From Chromera velia (taxonomy: Eukaryota): a stretch of DNA of 64,000 nucleotides. The notes beneath the pieces were generated by a model that was given only the letters and a program-made list of their open reading frames with translations, was not told where the DNA came from and ran no database searches. Location of the stretch: NCBI GenBank assembly GCA_018398765.1, contig JAHBMJ010000310.1:1-64000 (forward strand), given 5' to 3'. Positions within the stretch are counted from its first letter, which is position 1. Each line of letters begins with the position of its first letter. Below, in pieces: positions 13,002-25,400 of this stretch. The position numbers and the translations under genes were made by a program.

Positions 13002-14609
13002 TCAGCGAAGAGTGATGGACTCGTTATCAGAGAACACACCTCCTCCCAACTTGTCTCCACTTTCCTCTTCTCCCCCTCCCCCAAGACCCCACGCATCACT
13101 CACTTCTCCTGCAGCTTCCTCCCCCTCCCCCTCTTCCCCTTCCTCCTCCTCATTCTCTTCTTCCTCCGCCTTCCCCCCCTCATCTTCATCGGGAGGTGCG
13201 AACACACCCCCAAACGCCTTCTCGGCCACTTCGGAGACGTCCCCTGCCCGGGGCTTATCCTCCTTTCCCCCCTCCTCCTCAGGGGCAGCTATCACATCCA
13301 GGAACCCCAGATCGTCTCCCCCCCAGTCATCTGCCGAAGTGCCGTTGTACCCATCCTCCACCAACTCCCCTCCAGCGTCTTGCTCGGAACACGCCACCAG
13401 ACCCCCCACTTTGGCTAGAAATCGGCTCTTCTTCGCAATCTCTGCAGCCTCAGCGGTCTCGTTCTCTTCCAACCCCTCAAGGAGAATCAAAGACAGCGCG
13501 ACCTCCAGACACGCTGCCACCTTCTTCTCCTCCTCCGACACCTGACGCCCCCCCCGGGTTCTTCTAGGCGAAGTGCGGCGGCGCGGGCTTGTTTGGGGGC
13601 TCCTGCCTAGGTACGGCGAGGACGTTTCGGGGTCTGGGCGCATCTCCAGGTACAGCTGTCTGTCTCCCATCTGACCCCCCGACTTCGCACGGATGCGCAG
13701 ACGGTCGGCAACCCGGTCATATGCTCCCCTGAAGAGCACCTGCAGTTTGATGTGTGCAGTTCGGGACAGGGTCAGCACGATAGCGCCTCGTGCCGCCATG
13801 AGGGGGGGTGTTGCCCTGGCACTGTCTCTCCTTGCAAACTCCCTGGGTCTCTCCATTCTGATCACAGAGAGATCCTCAGCAGCAATCAAAAGCTGGCCTG
13901 TCTCGGTGTCGCATGTCATCTCGACGGCATACGTACGTCCGTCGTTGAGAACCCTTTCGTCTACAAACACGCGCACCTTCCCCTTTGGCATGGGGGCAAG
14001 ACGCCTAGGTCGCTTGCTGGGAAGGGTCCCCCCAGGTCCAAACTTTTCTCCTTCCCCTAGAAGGTCTAGACCCCCCCCTGTGGTGTGTCTGTGGGTGTTG
14101 GGGGGGAGGCTGCGGAATCGAAATCTTTCGGGGCGGTCGACTTCATCCGGGGCCCTGAGGGTGACTGGCTGTGTGCAGAGGTTGCATAGGAAGTTGGAAT
14201 TCTCCCTTGCACTCTTGCCCCAATCTTCGTGACTGTATACAGAGGTGACCTGTTGCAAACGTCCGAGGATCTCTTTGTTCTCTCTCAACCTTTGGGCTTC
14301 TGAACTTTTGCGGTCGGGTCTTTCTCCTACCCTGGGGGATGGGAGGACTTTGGAGAGAGTCGGCAGTGCTTTGACATCTTCCATTCTTTGCCATAAAAGT
14401 CTGTTTAGTCTCTCAATCTCTGCCTGCCTCTCCTCTCGAAGACGATCTCTCTTTCCGTTGCTCTTCAGAACAGAAAGGCCGAGCGTGCGGGGGGTTCCCG
14501 TGTCGAGAGAGGGCTCTATTGTCTTCAGACGCTCTCGGTGACTGTGCAAAGACCGCTCGCGTGCGCGGTCCGCACAGATTTTGTTTCCTTCCAGGATGGT
14601 TCGAAACAT
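13002..14609 (-). CDS. CFAP97/KIAA1430 (Hemingway)-domain protein, probably flagellar, with acidic C-terminus
   Basis: 535-aa ORF. The N-terminal HRERLKTIEPSLDTGTP...NGKRDRLREERQAEIERLNRLLWQRM and ...RENKEILGRLQQVTSVYSHEDW match the CFAP97-domain pattern as I recall it. Confidence 0.75.
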   Translation of the reverse strand: MFRTILEGNKICADRARERSLHSHRERLKTIEPSLDTGTPRTLGLSVLKSNGKRDRLREERQAEIERLNRLLWQRMEDVKALPTLSKVLPSPRVGERPDRKSSEAQRLRENKEILGRLQQVTSVYSHEDWGKSARENSNFLCNLCTQPVTLRAPDEVDRPERFRFRSLPPNTHRHTTGGGLDLLGEGEKFGPGGTLPSKRPRRLAPMPKGKVRVFVDERVLNDGRTYAVEMTCDTETGQLLIAAEDLSVIRMERPREFARRDSARATPPLMAARGAIVLTLSRTAHIKLQVLFRGAYDRVADRLRIRAKSGGQMGDRQLYLEMRPDPETSSPYLGRSPQTSPRRRTSPRRTRGGRQVSEEEKKVAACLEVALSLILLEGLEENETAEAAEIAKKSRFLAKVGGLVACSEQDAGGELVEDGYNGTSADDWGGDDLGFLDVIAAPEEEGGKEDKPRAGDVSEVAEKAFGGVFAPPDEDEGGKAEEEENEEEEGEEGEGEEAAGEVSDAWGLGGGGEEESGDKLGGGVFSDNESITLR

Positions 14610-14937
14610 CCTGGCTGCAACGATTGGAGGGACACTTGAGGAAGGTCAGTCAGAATGAGCGACGACACAACAGGGAAAGAACTTTTCAACAAGATCTTCG
14701 ACGGCCAATGCAGCCCTCTGGATCTCCGTCGGTCAATTGGCTCTTGGGACTTCACCCTTTCTTTCTGTCTCTGTTCTACCCACTACCAAAATGAAACCGA
14801 CTCAGACATCGCACTTCCGCAGTAAGACGCGACCTCGAAGCTTCAGCCGAGCACCGCACTGTATGATGCATGGGGACTTCAAATCACATCTGTATCTGAG
14901 ATTTTTTTAAAAAAAATTATCGTTAAAAAAAATCCGT

Positions 14938-15470
14938 CCCCTGTGCATTGATTTGTACCGACTTTTTATTTACTGGTGCCTACAGCAATGAATAAATCTG
15001 TCTGAATTCCTAAAATTGCTAGCAACGTCAACCTACCTATGCCTTTCCTTTCTGCACTTCTGACGGGAGTCTCTACTTCCCACACGCACTCCGAAAGGCC
15101 TCTTTCTTAGAGAAAAAGCCCAAAGAAAGGGCCAAAAGCAAACCGTTGTTCTGTTCCTCCCTGCTTCCAGATAAAGCAACACATGAAAAAAAGTGCCCGA
15201 AAAGGCTGTGCTTCCCTGATCTAACCGTCAGGATTCATTCGGAAAAATATGGAGACTACAGAACAACACAGCTTTCATTATCTTTCATTGAATGATTCCC
15301 TCAAAATCTTCTCTCTGTGCTGTCTAAGAAGCAATCGGAGGACTCTTCTTTCCGTATATATTCATGCATGCACTATCTTCCCTGTCTCGCCATATGCGTA
15401 GACGGCGCTATGCCTAAACATGCATACCGGGACCACCTTCAAAAACTCGGTACAAATCAATGCCCGGAGG
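14938..15470. mobile_element. MITE-like element A (533 bp) with ~25-bp TIRs
   Basis: Starts cccctgtgcattgatttgtaccgactttt and ends aaaaactcggtacaaatcaatgcccggagg (inverted). A second copy lies at 17323-19316. Confidence 0.85.
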
Positions 15471-15472
15471 AT

Positions 15473-16067
15473 CAGCACCAAAAATCTTTAAACTCGATTT
15501 TCTCAAAACGACCCTTTTTTTCTTTAGACGTTCTGTACAAGGGAACGCGACCGATTAGCCACCCAGCTGGCCCAACAGGTAGGTGACTTGGACTAGAACT
15601 TGGACTTACTCTCTCTCTCCTTCCCTTATCTCCTTCCTCTTACTTTCTATTCTCACACAGCAGTCATTTTGGGACACCCCCCCATTTTTCACTGACTTAT
15701 GCACATCTAGTGCTCTTTTTTGAAGTCTGTCGCCCTGGTTCCCCAGCACCCCTCCCCCCGGCATCTTTTTTATCTTTCATCCCTCTCATAATCCATACCC
15801 CTCACTTTGCCTCTCTCTCGCCTTTCATGAATTCATACATTCACATCATATTCACACTCAAAAAAAGTGTACCTGGGTTCCCCTCAGCAGACCTAGTCCC
15901 TTCATGAAGCACAGTTTGCAGCTGCACATAGACAGAAAGACAGAAAGAGAGACAACAAGAGAGGGAAAGGGGTATAAGAGAAGGAGACAAAGAACACTTA
16001 CACTTACGTTTACACACATACATACATACACATACACACATACACACACACACACATACACACACAC

Positions 16068-16113
<46 letters not shown>

Positions 16114-16445
16114 ACACACACACACATACACATATACATACACATATACATACACACACACACACACACACATACACACACACACACGCATATACACACA
16201 GACAGAGGTATGCTTCTGCCCCATCGCAACTACTCATTTGAAGATACACGTACACCTATATGGCCCACACAGAGGGATGAAAGGAAAACTGAGGCTAAAA
16301 ATAGACCTAAAATTCGAAAGAACTGACTTTTAGAGTCACTCCTGACACAGCCACGGGCAAAAGTCCTCTGCCCACTGGAGGTATCCAATTGACGTCAAAC
16401 ACCTGCATTCAAGAAAAAAACAGGGATGAAGATGCAAAGGTGCCC
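15473..16445. mobile_element. Repeat unit B, copy 1 (973 bp), putative non-autonomous element with internal (CA)n
   Basis: Starts cagcaccaaaaatc and ends ggtgccc. Highly similar to the immediately following unit. Separated from its neighbours by AT. Confidence 0.7.
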
Positions 16446-16447
16446 AT

Positions 16448-17013
16448 CGGCACCAAAAATCTTTAAACTCGATTTTCTGAAAACGACCTTTTTTTTCTTT
16501 AGACATTCTGTACAAGGGAATGTGACCGATTGGCTAGCCAGCTGGCCTAACAGGCAAGTGACTTGCTAATGGACTTACTCTCTCTCTCTTTCCCTTGTCT
16601 CCTTCCTCTTGTTTTCTGTTCTCACACAGCAGTCATTTTGGGATACCCCCCCATTTTTCACTGACTTGTGCACATCTAGTGCTCTTTTCTGAAGTCTGTT
16701 GCCCTGGTTCCCCAGCACCCCTCCCCCTGGCATCTTTCTTATCTTTCATCCCTCTCACAAACCATACCCCTCACTTTGCCTCTCTCGCGTCTTTCATGAA
16801 TTCATACATTCATATCACATTCATACTTGAAAAAAGTGTACCTGAGCTCCCCTCAGCAGACTCAGTCCCTTCATGAAGCGCAGTCTGCAGGTGCACACAG
16901 ATCAAAAGACAGAAAGAGAGACAACAAGAGAGGAAAGGGGGTATGAGAGAAGGAGATAAAGAACACTTACACTTACACTTACGCTTACACACACACATAC
17001 ATACACAGACACA

Positions 17014-17062
<49 letters not shown>

Positions 17063-17320
17063 GCATATACACACAGACAGAGGTATGCTTCTGCCCGATC
17101 GCAACTACCCATTCGAGGACATACGTGCACCTATACGGCCCACACAGAGGGATGAAGGGAAAACTAAGGCCAAAAATGGACCTAAAATTTGAAAGAACTG
17201 ACTTTTAGAGTCACTCCTGGCACAGCCGCGGGCAAAGGTCCTCTGCCCACTGGAGATGTCCAATTAACGTCAAACACCTGCATTCAAGAAAAAAACAGGG
17301 ATGAAGATGCAAGGGTGCCC
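16448..17320. mobile_element. Repeat unit B', copy 2 (873 bp)
   Basis: Starts cggcaccaaaaatc and ends ggtgccc, a 6-bp terminal inverted match GGCACC/GGTGCC. Tandem paralog of 15473-16445 with a shorter (CA)n tract. Confidence 0.7.
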
Positions 17321-17322
17321 AT

Positions 17323-19170
17323 CCCCTGGGCATTGATTTGTACCAACTTTTTATTTACTGGTGCCTACAGCAATGAATAAATCTGTCTGAATTCCTAAAA
17401 TTGCTAGCAACGTCAACCTATCTATACCTTTCCTTTCTGCACTTCTGACGGGAGTCTCTACTTCCCATATACACTCCGAAAGGCCTCTTTCTTAGAGAAA
17501 AAGACCAAACAAAGGGCTAAAGCAAACCGTTGTTCTGTTTCCCCCTGCTTCCAGATAAAGCAACACATAAAAAAAAGTGCCCGAAAAGGCTGTGCTTCCC
17601 TGATCTAACCGTCAGGATTCATTCGGAAAAATATGGAGACTATAGAATAACACAGCTTTTATTGAATGATTCACTCAAAATTTTCTCTCTGTGCTGTTTA
17701 AGAAGCAATCGGAGGACTCTTCTTTCCGTATGATGATCTCTGTTTCCTTGCTCATTCCGTCTCAGATCTGCAAAAAAAGTTCTCAGCCTTGGAAAGGTAT
17801 TGTAAGGAATGAGGATTGACTATGAAATTAAAGAAAACGAAAATCTTGCGTCTGTCTGCCTTAGCTCTGGGGCAGTCTGCAGGTAGAGTCATGTATGGTG
17901 GGACGGAAGTTGAATGGACATCCCAATACAAATATCTGGGGTGTGTTTTCTTTGAAGGGGGGTGCTTGAACAAGACAATTGAGTCCCGTATTGCTTCTGC
18001 TTCGCAGGCTCTGGGAGGGGTAATTGGATTGATTGCGAGCATGGGCCCGCTCAGCATTGACGTACAGGTAACAGTTTTTAGAGCCTGCTGGACCCCCGTA
18101 GTGCTCTACTGCCTTAAATATCTGCCAGTACGGGATGCAGACCTGCTCGCTCTTGATGCTTTGCAGCTTTAGTTTGCCCGTTGGTGTGGTCATTTGTCTG
18201 CTCGCAGCCTCCGCCTGCCATTTCTTTGCATCCTTAGTCTTCTTCCCTGCAAAGCCCTTCTCTGCTCCCGCGTAGCTGACTGGTGGCACTCTCTTTCCAT
18301 CACAACACACACTATTCCTGCAGCCATGTTGTATACCTGGAAGAATAACTGCTGCCAACAATTCATGAGATCTATAGACAAGCTGCTTTGTTGGGCTGAT
18401 TTGATTTCTGTCTGCTCGCTGAGGGTCGAGCCCGATCTGTCTTCCCAATGCGGGCAGAATGGTCGTAGGACACAAGGCACCGGCTCACTTTTCTTCAAGG
18501 GTAAGGTGAGACAGACAGTTGCAAAAGAATGCATGAAGGCTTCTGAGGATGATGGACAATCTTCCTCTCACTTCCCCTTCCTTGCTAGACTCACCCCTCT
18601 GCAGCGCGACTTCCCGTCCTCCCGCCATATGTTTGTCTTCCTCCTGTGCAGCAAGTCATCCTCCGGTGTTCTTTCCATCTTTACCCTTCCCCGTTTTGCC
18701 CTGTCGGTTACGGATGGCTCGATCTTTTCTTTTTTGCACATGCTAACATATAACCCGATGGGTAGGCAAGGTGGGCTGCCTGTTGGTTGCTTTGATAGAA
18801 AGCTGTGCACCTATGAAGCCTACTGCCGGTGTGTAAATGATTTTATTCATCGGCTCTCTGTCTGCCCCCGATGGACTGCCGAACAAGGCTTTTTACAGTG
18901 GTTGGCATTAATTCAATCAGACTGCTTCACTCGTTGTGACTCACCTTTTGCATCCGCCTCCTTTTCTGATCTGGGGGTTCGCAAGTTCATTACATTACTC
19001 TTGTGCTCTCAACGCTCTCTCCTCTTTATGATTTCTTGCCATATTGTAGTAAATGATTGATTAGATTAAGTTCGAATAACTGTCGTCCACTTAGCTTGCA
19101 GCTGGCATAATTGAACAGACCCATGCATGTATGCGCCGCCCGGGAGTTCTAACTCCACCTAGGGTTTAGC

Positions 19171-19203
<33 letters not shown>

Positions 19204-19316
19204 GTATTCATGCATGCACTATCTTCCCTGTCTCGCCATGTGCGTAGACGGCGCTATGCCTGAATATGCATACCGGAACCACTTTCAAAAAGTCGGTACA
19301 AATCAATGCCCGGGGG
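17323..19316. mobile_element. MITE-like element A' (second copy of A) interrupted by a LINE fragment
   Basis: AT|cccctgggcattgatttgtacc...ggtacaaatcaatgcccggggg|AT. Segments 17323-17730 and 19202-19316 align with element A. Confidence 0.85.
17731..19201 (+). mobile_element. 5'-truncated non-LTR retrotransposon (LINE), degenerate RT C-terminal part with (ATCA)n 3' tail
   Basis: One frame from 17732 reads DDLCFLAHSVSDLQKKFSALERYCKE*GLTMKLKKTK...YKYLGCVF...IESRIASASQA...TPVVLYC. These are RT motifs from the YxDD aspartates onward, typical of RTE/CR1/L2-type LINEs. In-frame stops at 17810 (TGA) and 18170 (TAG), and the frame ends at 19060. Tail (atca)n at ~19170-19201. Confidence 0.9.
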
Positions 19317-20188
19317 ATCTGTCCATCTGTATATTAGAAATCATATGAAGGCGCAGCGCGCGCCTTCAATTTGGTCAAGGGTCCAACGGCGGCCCGGATT
19401 GAATCAGAGTCTAGTTGATTGGGCTCCGTCAGTCTTAATTTCAGTTCTAATCGATCCCTGAGTTTGGTGCAACGGGTCTTTCCATGCGTAGCTTAGCCTG
19501 ACAGCACGTTGGCATTTCAGGGCTTCGGCCCGGGCTTTTATACATATAATGGGATGTTAATATTTGTGTTTTAAGCGGGTCTTTGCATCTTAATTTTATC
19601 TGAAATCGGGAGTCCCTAGCAGTACCTAGCAGTCCCACATCACAGCGGGGAGCATCTAAGATTTATCGTACGCCAAGACGAAACAAGATGACATACGTTC
19701 GAAATTACCCCCAATATGGGCTCAAAAGTTGGTAACCCCACATAACGAAACATTTTAGGTCATGGCTTTATCACCTCGAATGTTAGTGGTCATTACACTG
19801 ATTGTATGTATGATGGTACATGATGGTCTTAACTACTAGCTTAACCAGTAAGTGTATATAAAATAAATCAAAAAATATAATTTTGCTACACAGTTTAACA
19901 TAGTCCGCACTGTTTGCATCTATATACATTGAAAACAAAAAAAACTGAATCAATTTCAAATAATTTTAATTCATATTTATATATATTTATATTTGTAAAC
20001 TCTCTAAAACTGTAGACGAACCGTTTATACGTATAATAAAAAAAATTAATATAGAGCGAGCAGAATTAAAAACTGAGAATTCTCTCAATCACTTTCAAAA
20101 TTTAAAAAATGCTTCTCAGCGTTTTCACTTTTGAAACATGAATCATACAGGCAGACTTTAATATATAGACAGATGTTTCGATTCATTC

Positions 20189-22344
20189 TCACGAGGTCCG
20201 TCCTCGCCCCCTTTCACCTTGATCCCATCTCCGATCTTTCAGATCGATCACTTTAGAGATCTTCCGGTTTGCAATACGCGCGTTTTGCCCCCTGTAAACA
20301 GCTTCGCCTTGAGAAGATGCAAGAAAGGGTCTGCAGGCCTTTCGAATTGCCATCTCGTCTCTCTCTGCACTGAACAGGTCCATCAGAAGAAGCCTTGATG
20401 GATGCGCAAACGCACTCAGAGACTTCGGAGTAGAATCCAGAGCGAGGCGCTCCTTCTTGTCTTCGACGCTTAGCAGTTCTCGCAGCACCCGCACGCGTTC
20501 CTCGGAGGAGGAGTGGGTCCTCTCCCCTGCGTCATCGCTGTCCTCACTCCTCTCGCTCCCTTCTTTCTCTTCTGAGGCAGACACGATGAACGGACACGCG
20601 AACAACGTCGCAATGCACAGAGTATGCCCACGAGCCCCTCCCTGCAGGTCCACACACAAAGGGGATCGTCGGGAAGGAAGGAAGGGAGGAAGGAAGGAAG
20701 GAGGCGGGATTACGCAAGGAAGGAAAAGATCACGTGATGATGGGCAGAACGGATTGATCATCGATGATATATTCGCTGCTGCTATACAAGACCTGACGCT
20801 CATGGGATTACAAAAAAGAATCAGCATGAACGTATGGAAGACCTGTGACATGCAGTGGTCGGGCACTCACTTCTTGAGTGTGAAACAGAAAGTTTGAAAA
20901 CAGGCAAGTAAGTTTGCTTCTACATTCATTTCCACTCACTAACCCGTGCTGCAAGATGCAGGCAGGTTTCTCCTCTGTCTTCTGACTGTGCGAGAAGAAA
21001 GGAGGCCTCCACAGGACCGCATTCACTCAGCAGAAACCGCACACAGTTGAAGGCTCCAGAGGAACACGCCGACATGAGAGGAGTCCACCCTCGTCCATCC
21101 CTCGCGTCGCTCCGTGCACCCCCGAGGCGAATGATTGTCTCGAGGCAGGACACGTGACCCGATGAAGCAGCGAAGTGGGCCGGCTGCAGTCGTGTGTGTG
21201 GCCAGTGGCAGCGAGTCGATGAATGAGTAATAGATTGAATGGAGGAAAGACAAACGCGTTTTTAGGAGCAGTCAGTCAGTCAGTCAGTCAATCAGTCAGT
21301 CAGTCAGTCAGTCAGTCAGTGAGTCAGTCAGTCAGTCAGTGAGTCAGTCAGTCAGTGAGTCAGTCAGTCAGTCAGTCAGTCAGTCAGTGAGTCAGTCAGT
21401 CAGTCAGTCAGTGAGTCAGTCAGTCAGTGAGTCAGTCAGTCAGTGAGTCAGTGAGTCAGTCAGTCAGTCAGTCAGTCAGCCTGCCAGCCAATCGACCAAT
21501 CAACAAATTAATCAATGAATCTGTCAATCAATCAGGCAGCTTGTCAGTCAAGAAAACAATCGCCACATTTGCACCTATACGCTCGCTGATGACTGATCGA
21601 CCCAAAGGACATAAAAGCACCAGAGTGAGTGTGCAGACATCAAATGACTCTCTCCATGATTCGAATAAATCTTTGGATTGATTGACTGCATAAATTCTCT
21701 CTCATGTTTCTTTCTCTGTTCTCGCCTCTAACCTGCACTTCTGGGTGTATCTCTGGGGGTCTCTTTCTTCTGAAGGAAGGAGGCTTGAGACGTTCCGACT
21801 CTCCAGACATGACCCCGAGGTATTGCACTGCACTCTCCGTCCTTCCTCCTCCTTCCTGTCCCTCTGTATCCTCTTCTTCCTCCTGCAAGGCGGTGGACCA
21901 CACCTCCACAGGGCCGCCTGCGTTGATCAGGTGCGTGAGGAGAGTCGAGTTTCCGCTTCTGCAGTCAGACACAGACAGACAGACAGACAAACAAACAGAA
22001 TGACAGACAGACAGACAGGCAGACAGACAGGCAGACAGACAGACAGACAGACAGACACACACAGACAGACAGACAGACAGACACACACACACAGACAGAC
22101 AGGCAGACAATTAATGTTGTTCCATTTCTTTCCGTCACAGAGATACACAGAGATCAAGAGAGCAAAACGCCCGAAAAAGAAAAAAGGGAAGAGCATTGAA
22201 CAGGCAGAGGAAAGGAAGGGAGAAAGCAAAAGCACTGACCGGCAGGCAAAGTGTGTGGGCAGAAGGCCTAGGGGGTTCAAGTCTTTTGGAGACGCCCGAC
22301 CTTCTCTGCACACAGAGACACATGCCAGCAAGTAGACAGTCATT

Positions 22345-22378
<34 letters not shown>

Positions 22379-22400
22379 CAGACACACACTCACTCACTCA

Positions 22401-22433
<33 letters not shown>

Positions 22434-25400
22434 GCACACATATACACACATACACATACACACACACACATGCGCGCGTCCATGAAGAGAGAGAGTATGA
22501 GTACGAGCGCCAATGTTTCTCAGTCGACTACTACTGGGCTTCTATTGAGCCACAGAGAAAGAAACAAAATGCGAATTTTTCAATCCAACCCAGCAGACGA
22601 AACGCAGAACACAGAAGAAGAAAAGTTTTCGATGGGACATATGTTGATAGATAAATCACGGCAATCTGCTCTACCAACCGTATCTCTGGTGAATGGACTG
22701 ACTGACTGACCGAATCAACTGGACGACCTTCTCTGTGAGGCCCTTGTCGCACAGATCCCATATCGTCTCCAAGGCGCCTCTCATCCTTTCTACCAAAGAC
22801 TGGTGACGTGTCCCTGTACCCATGGTCACTCCCAACAGAAGGTCCCGGTCCTCCTTCCCCCCCCGCCTGTTCACTCCTCCCCCCCCAACGCCCTCCCGAG
22901 AACGAAGGCCGGAGTTCCACAGAGCCAGCAGACGCACCACCTCTTCTCTTCCGGCCATCACAGCAAGCTGCAGAGCTCCCCTTCCCTCAGGGTCTTTAGC
23001 AGATTCGTCTGCGCCATACTGCAGGAGCTGCAGGACAGAGCATGCAACTCCCTCTCGAGCAGCCAGGAGCAGGGGGGTCAACCCGTCTCCGTCTCTGTCC
23101 TCCAGTCCGCATTTCAGAAGAGTGACCTCCAAGAGAAGGGCGATGCACCCGTGGTTGGAGGGTCGCACGGCAGCGAGATGAAGGGCTGTCCTTCCTTTGT
23201 TCGTCTTCTGGGGCAGCAGCGGTTCCCCAGAGGGCCTCATCCTTGAGGATTCTGCTATCAGAGGTTCCGACCTCTTCCTCTGCTTCCTCAAGTGACTCAT
23301 CAGACGCGCAAGCTGGCCGCTCTGCATTGCACACAATCAAAGACTCTAGGTCCGTCACATTAGAGTAAAAAGATTTCCAGAGGTTTTGAAAGCGGCCATT
23401 TAAAAAAATGTGGGCAAAGTGCAGGAATGAAGGGGACAACGGTCAAATCCTGGAGGTGAGGGGAGGGGATTGAGTGAGTGGTGCATGGGAGTTCTCCCTG
23501 ATCACATTCATTCTGCATGATCCCATCCGATGTTTGTTTAGGTCTGTGTGTGTTTGCTTCTTTGTGTCGGTCGGACAGGAGACAACAGTATCAATGAGCC
23601 TGAACAAATGTTTGTTCCCTTCTGACTGACCAGTCCAAAGAAGGCCGCGTAGTGAAAGGCCGTCCATCCATTCACGTCAGGGTTTAGAGGGTCGGCATAC
23701 CCAAACACGCGGAGAAAGCCTTCTGCGGGGAATTTTTGGGAATTGTGACAGAAAAGAGATAAACTCCAAGTGCAAGCATGTGGAATGAATGGAACACTAG
23801 ACAGACTGCATTGTGCAGGAAGTTCATGCATGGTTGATTGTCAGAAAAAGAAGGAAATCCGAAGAGCTCCGCGTCAAGAGAAAAGAAAGAAACAAGGGAA
23901 CGAGAGAACACGGAAGAGAAGAGAAGAGAAGAGAAAACGAACACAAATGCGCGACATCAAAAGGACTCTGCGTTGTCTCCCCTCTTCTCCTATCTGCGTC
24001 CCTGTCCCGTGATTGATGGGCGTCTATAAAAGGAAGGACAGCAAAAACAAATCAAGAAGGAAGAAAGAACGAAAGAAATCAAGAACAAAGAAAGAACGAA
24101 AGAAAGAAAGAACGAAAGAACGAAAGAAAGAAAGAAAGAAAGAAAGAAAGAAATCTATCCGAGGACATACACACAGAAAGAGATCCATGCAACAATGCGT
24201 CAACCGACCGAGGTGCCCCTCTGAGGTCCCCAACGCAGAGAGAAGCAGAGCTGCATGCAGAGGTGTGCGACAGAGAACCCCCGCGGGGCTGTTGGCGCTG
24301 AAAGACGACGGGGACCCCATCGCGGCTTCTCGGCAGACCTGCAGACAAACTTGTGAGCAGGCAGGGATTTGTGCAATTCTGGCCGACCCTCTTGATCAGG
24401 TTGATTCATTGGTAAACAAAGCTCAGATTGATTGATTGAGAAAAAGGAGGAAGAGAGATAAGTCAGGATTCCGAAAGTTATCCTGCAAAAACAAATCCAA
24501 GAATGTATTCCAATAGAAGATCATCAATTGGCTCGAGCACAGAGAAAAGAGCCTGGCCATGAAGCTATAGGTCAGCAGAGCCAATCAGCAAGACAATTCT
24601 GATTTCCTTCCTCTCACCTCCAGGGCATCGCAGATTGCTCTCTCCCTCTGATCCTCTTTGAAGTTTACCCCACCGCCTCTCTTCATTCTGTCGCCTTCTG
24701 CCTCTTTAAGCTTCCACGATCCGCCCCCTGGGTCTGGAGACGCGTCTCTCTCTTTCCCTCTCTTCCCGCCCCCTCCAGTCCGGGAAGCGAACCCTCTGGA
24801 GAGGAGCAATGCCCGAATGTCTGTCGAGGGTGCAAGGTCAACTGCCGTCACACCCAGAGAGAGGGCCTCAGACGCCCCTGTTTGGTCTGACCTCTCTTTG
24901 AATCTACCCGCACCTCCTGCGTAGAGGGTCCTGAGGTCCGACAGAGACCCACCTGCCACCACCTCTGCGATCTCTCGCAACGCGGGACACCCACAGACAT
25001 CAACTTGTGTCCCTCCACTTTTCTCTCCCCCATCCTCAGTCTTTGTCTCTTTCCCCTTGTCCTTCTCTTTCTGCTCCTCCCCCTTCCCCACTCCACTAGG
25101 GGAGGACGGAGAAACCGCCACTGCTGATGCGTTCGGGTCTGCTCCCGACAAGAGAAGGGGCGAGACGAGGGCAGGAACTCCAGAAAAAGCGGCGTAGTGG
25201 AGAGGGAGAAAGCCCGAAAGGTCCCGAAACCACACCATTCTTCTCACAAGCTGCACAGTGTCACAAGGCAGTACTCCGACTTGAACGTACCTTTCTCTTT
25301 TTGCTCCCCCCCCCCCAAAGCTGCGAACAAAAGGGAGAGGAGCGGACAAAAGAAGAGTGAAAAGCCTTTCCTGGCAGACAAATATGGCCTCTGCAGTGTG

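Noticed and set aside
15841..16326. CV- and HT-repeat ORFs
   Set aside because: Translations of the (CA)n tract inside repeat unit B.
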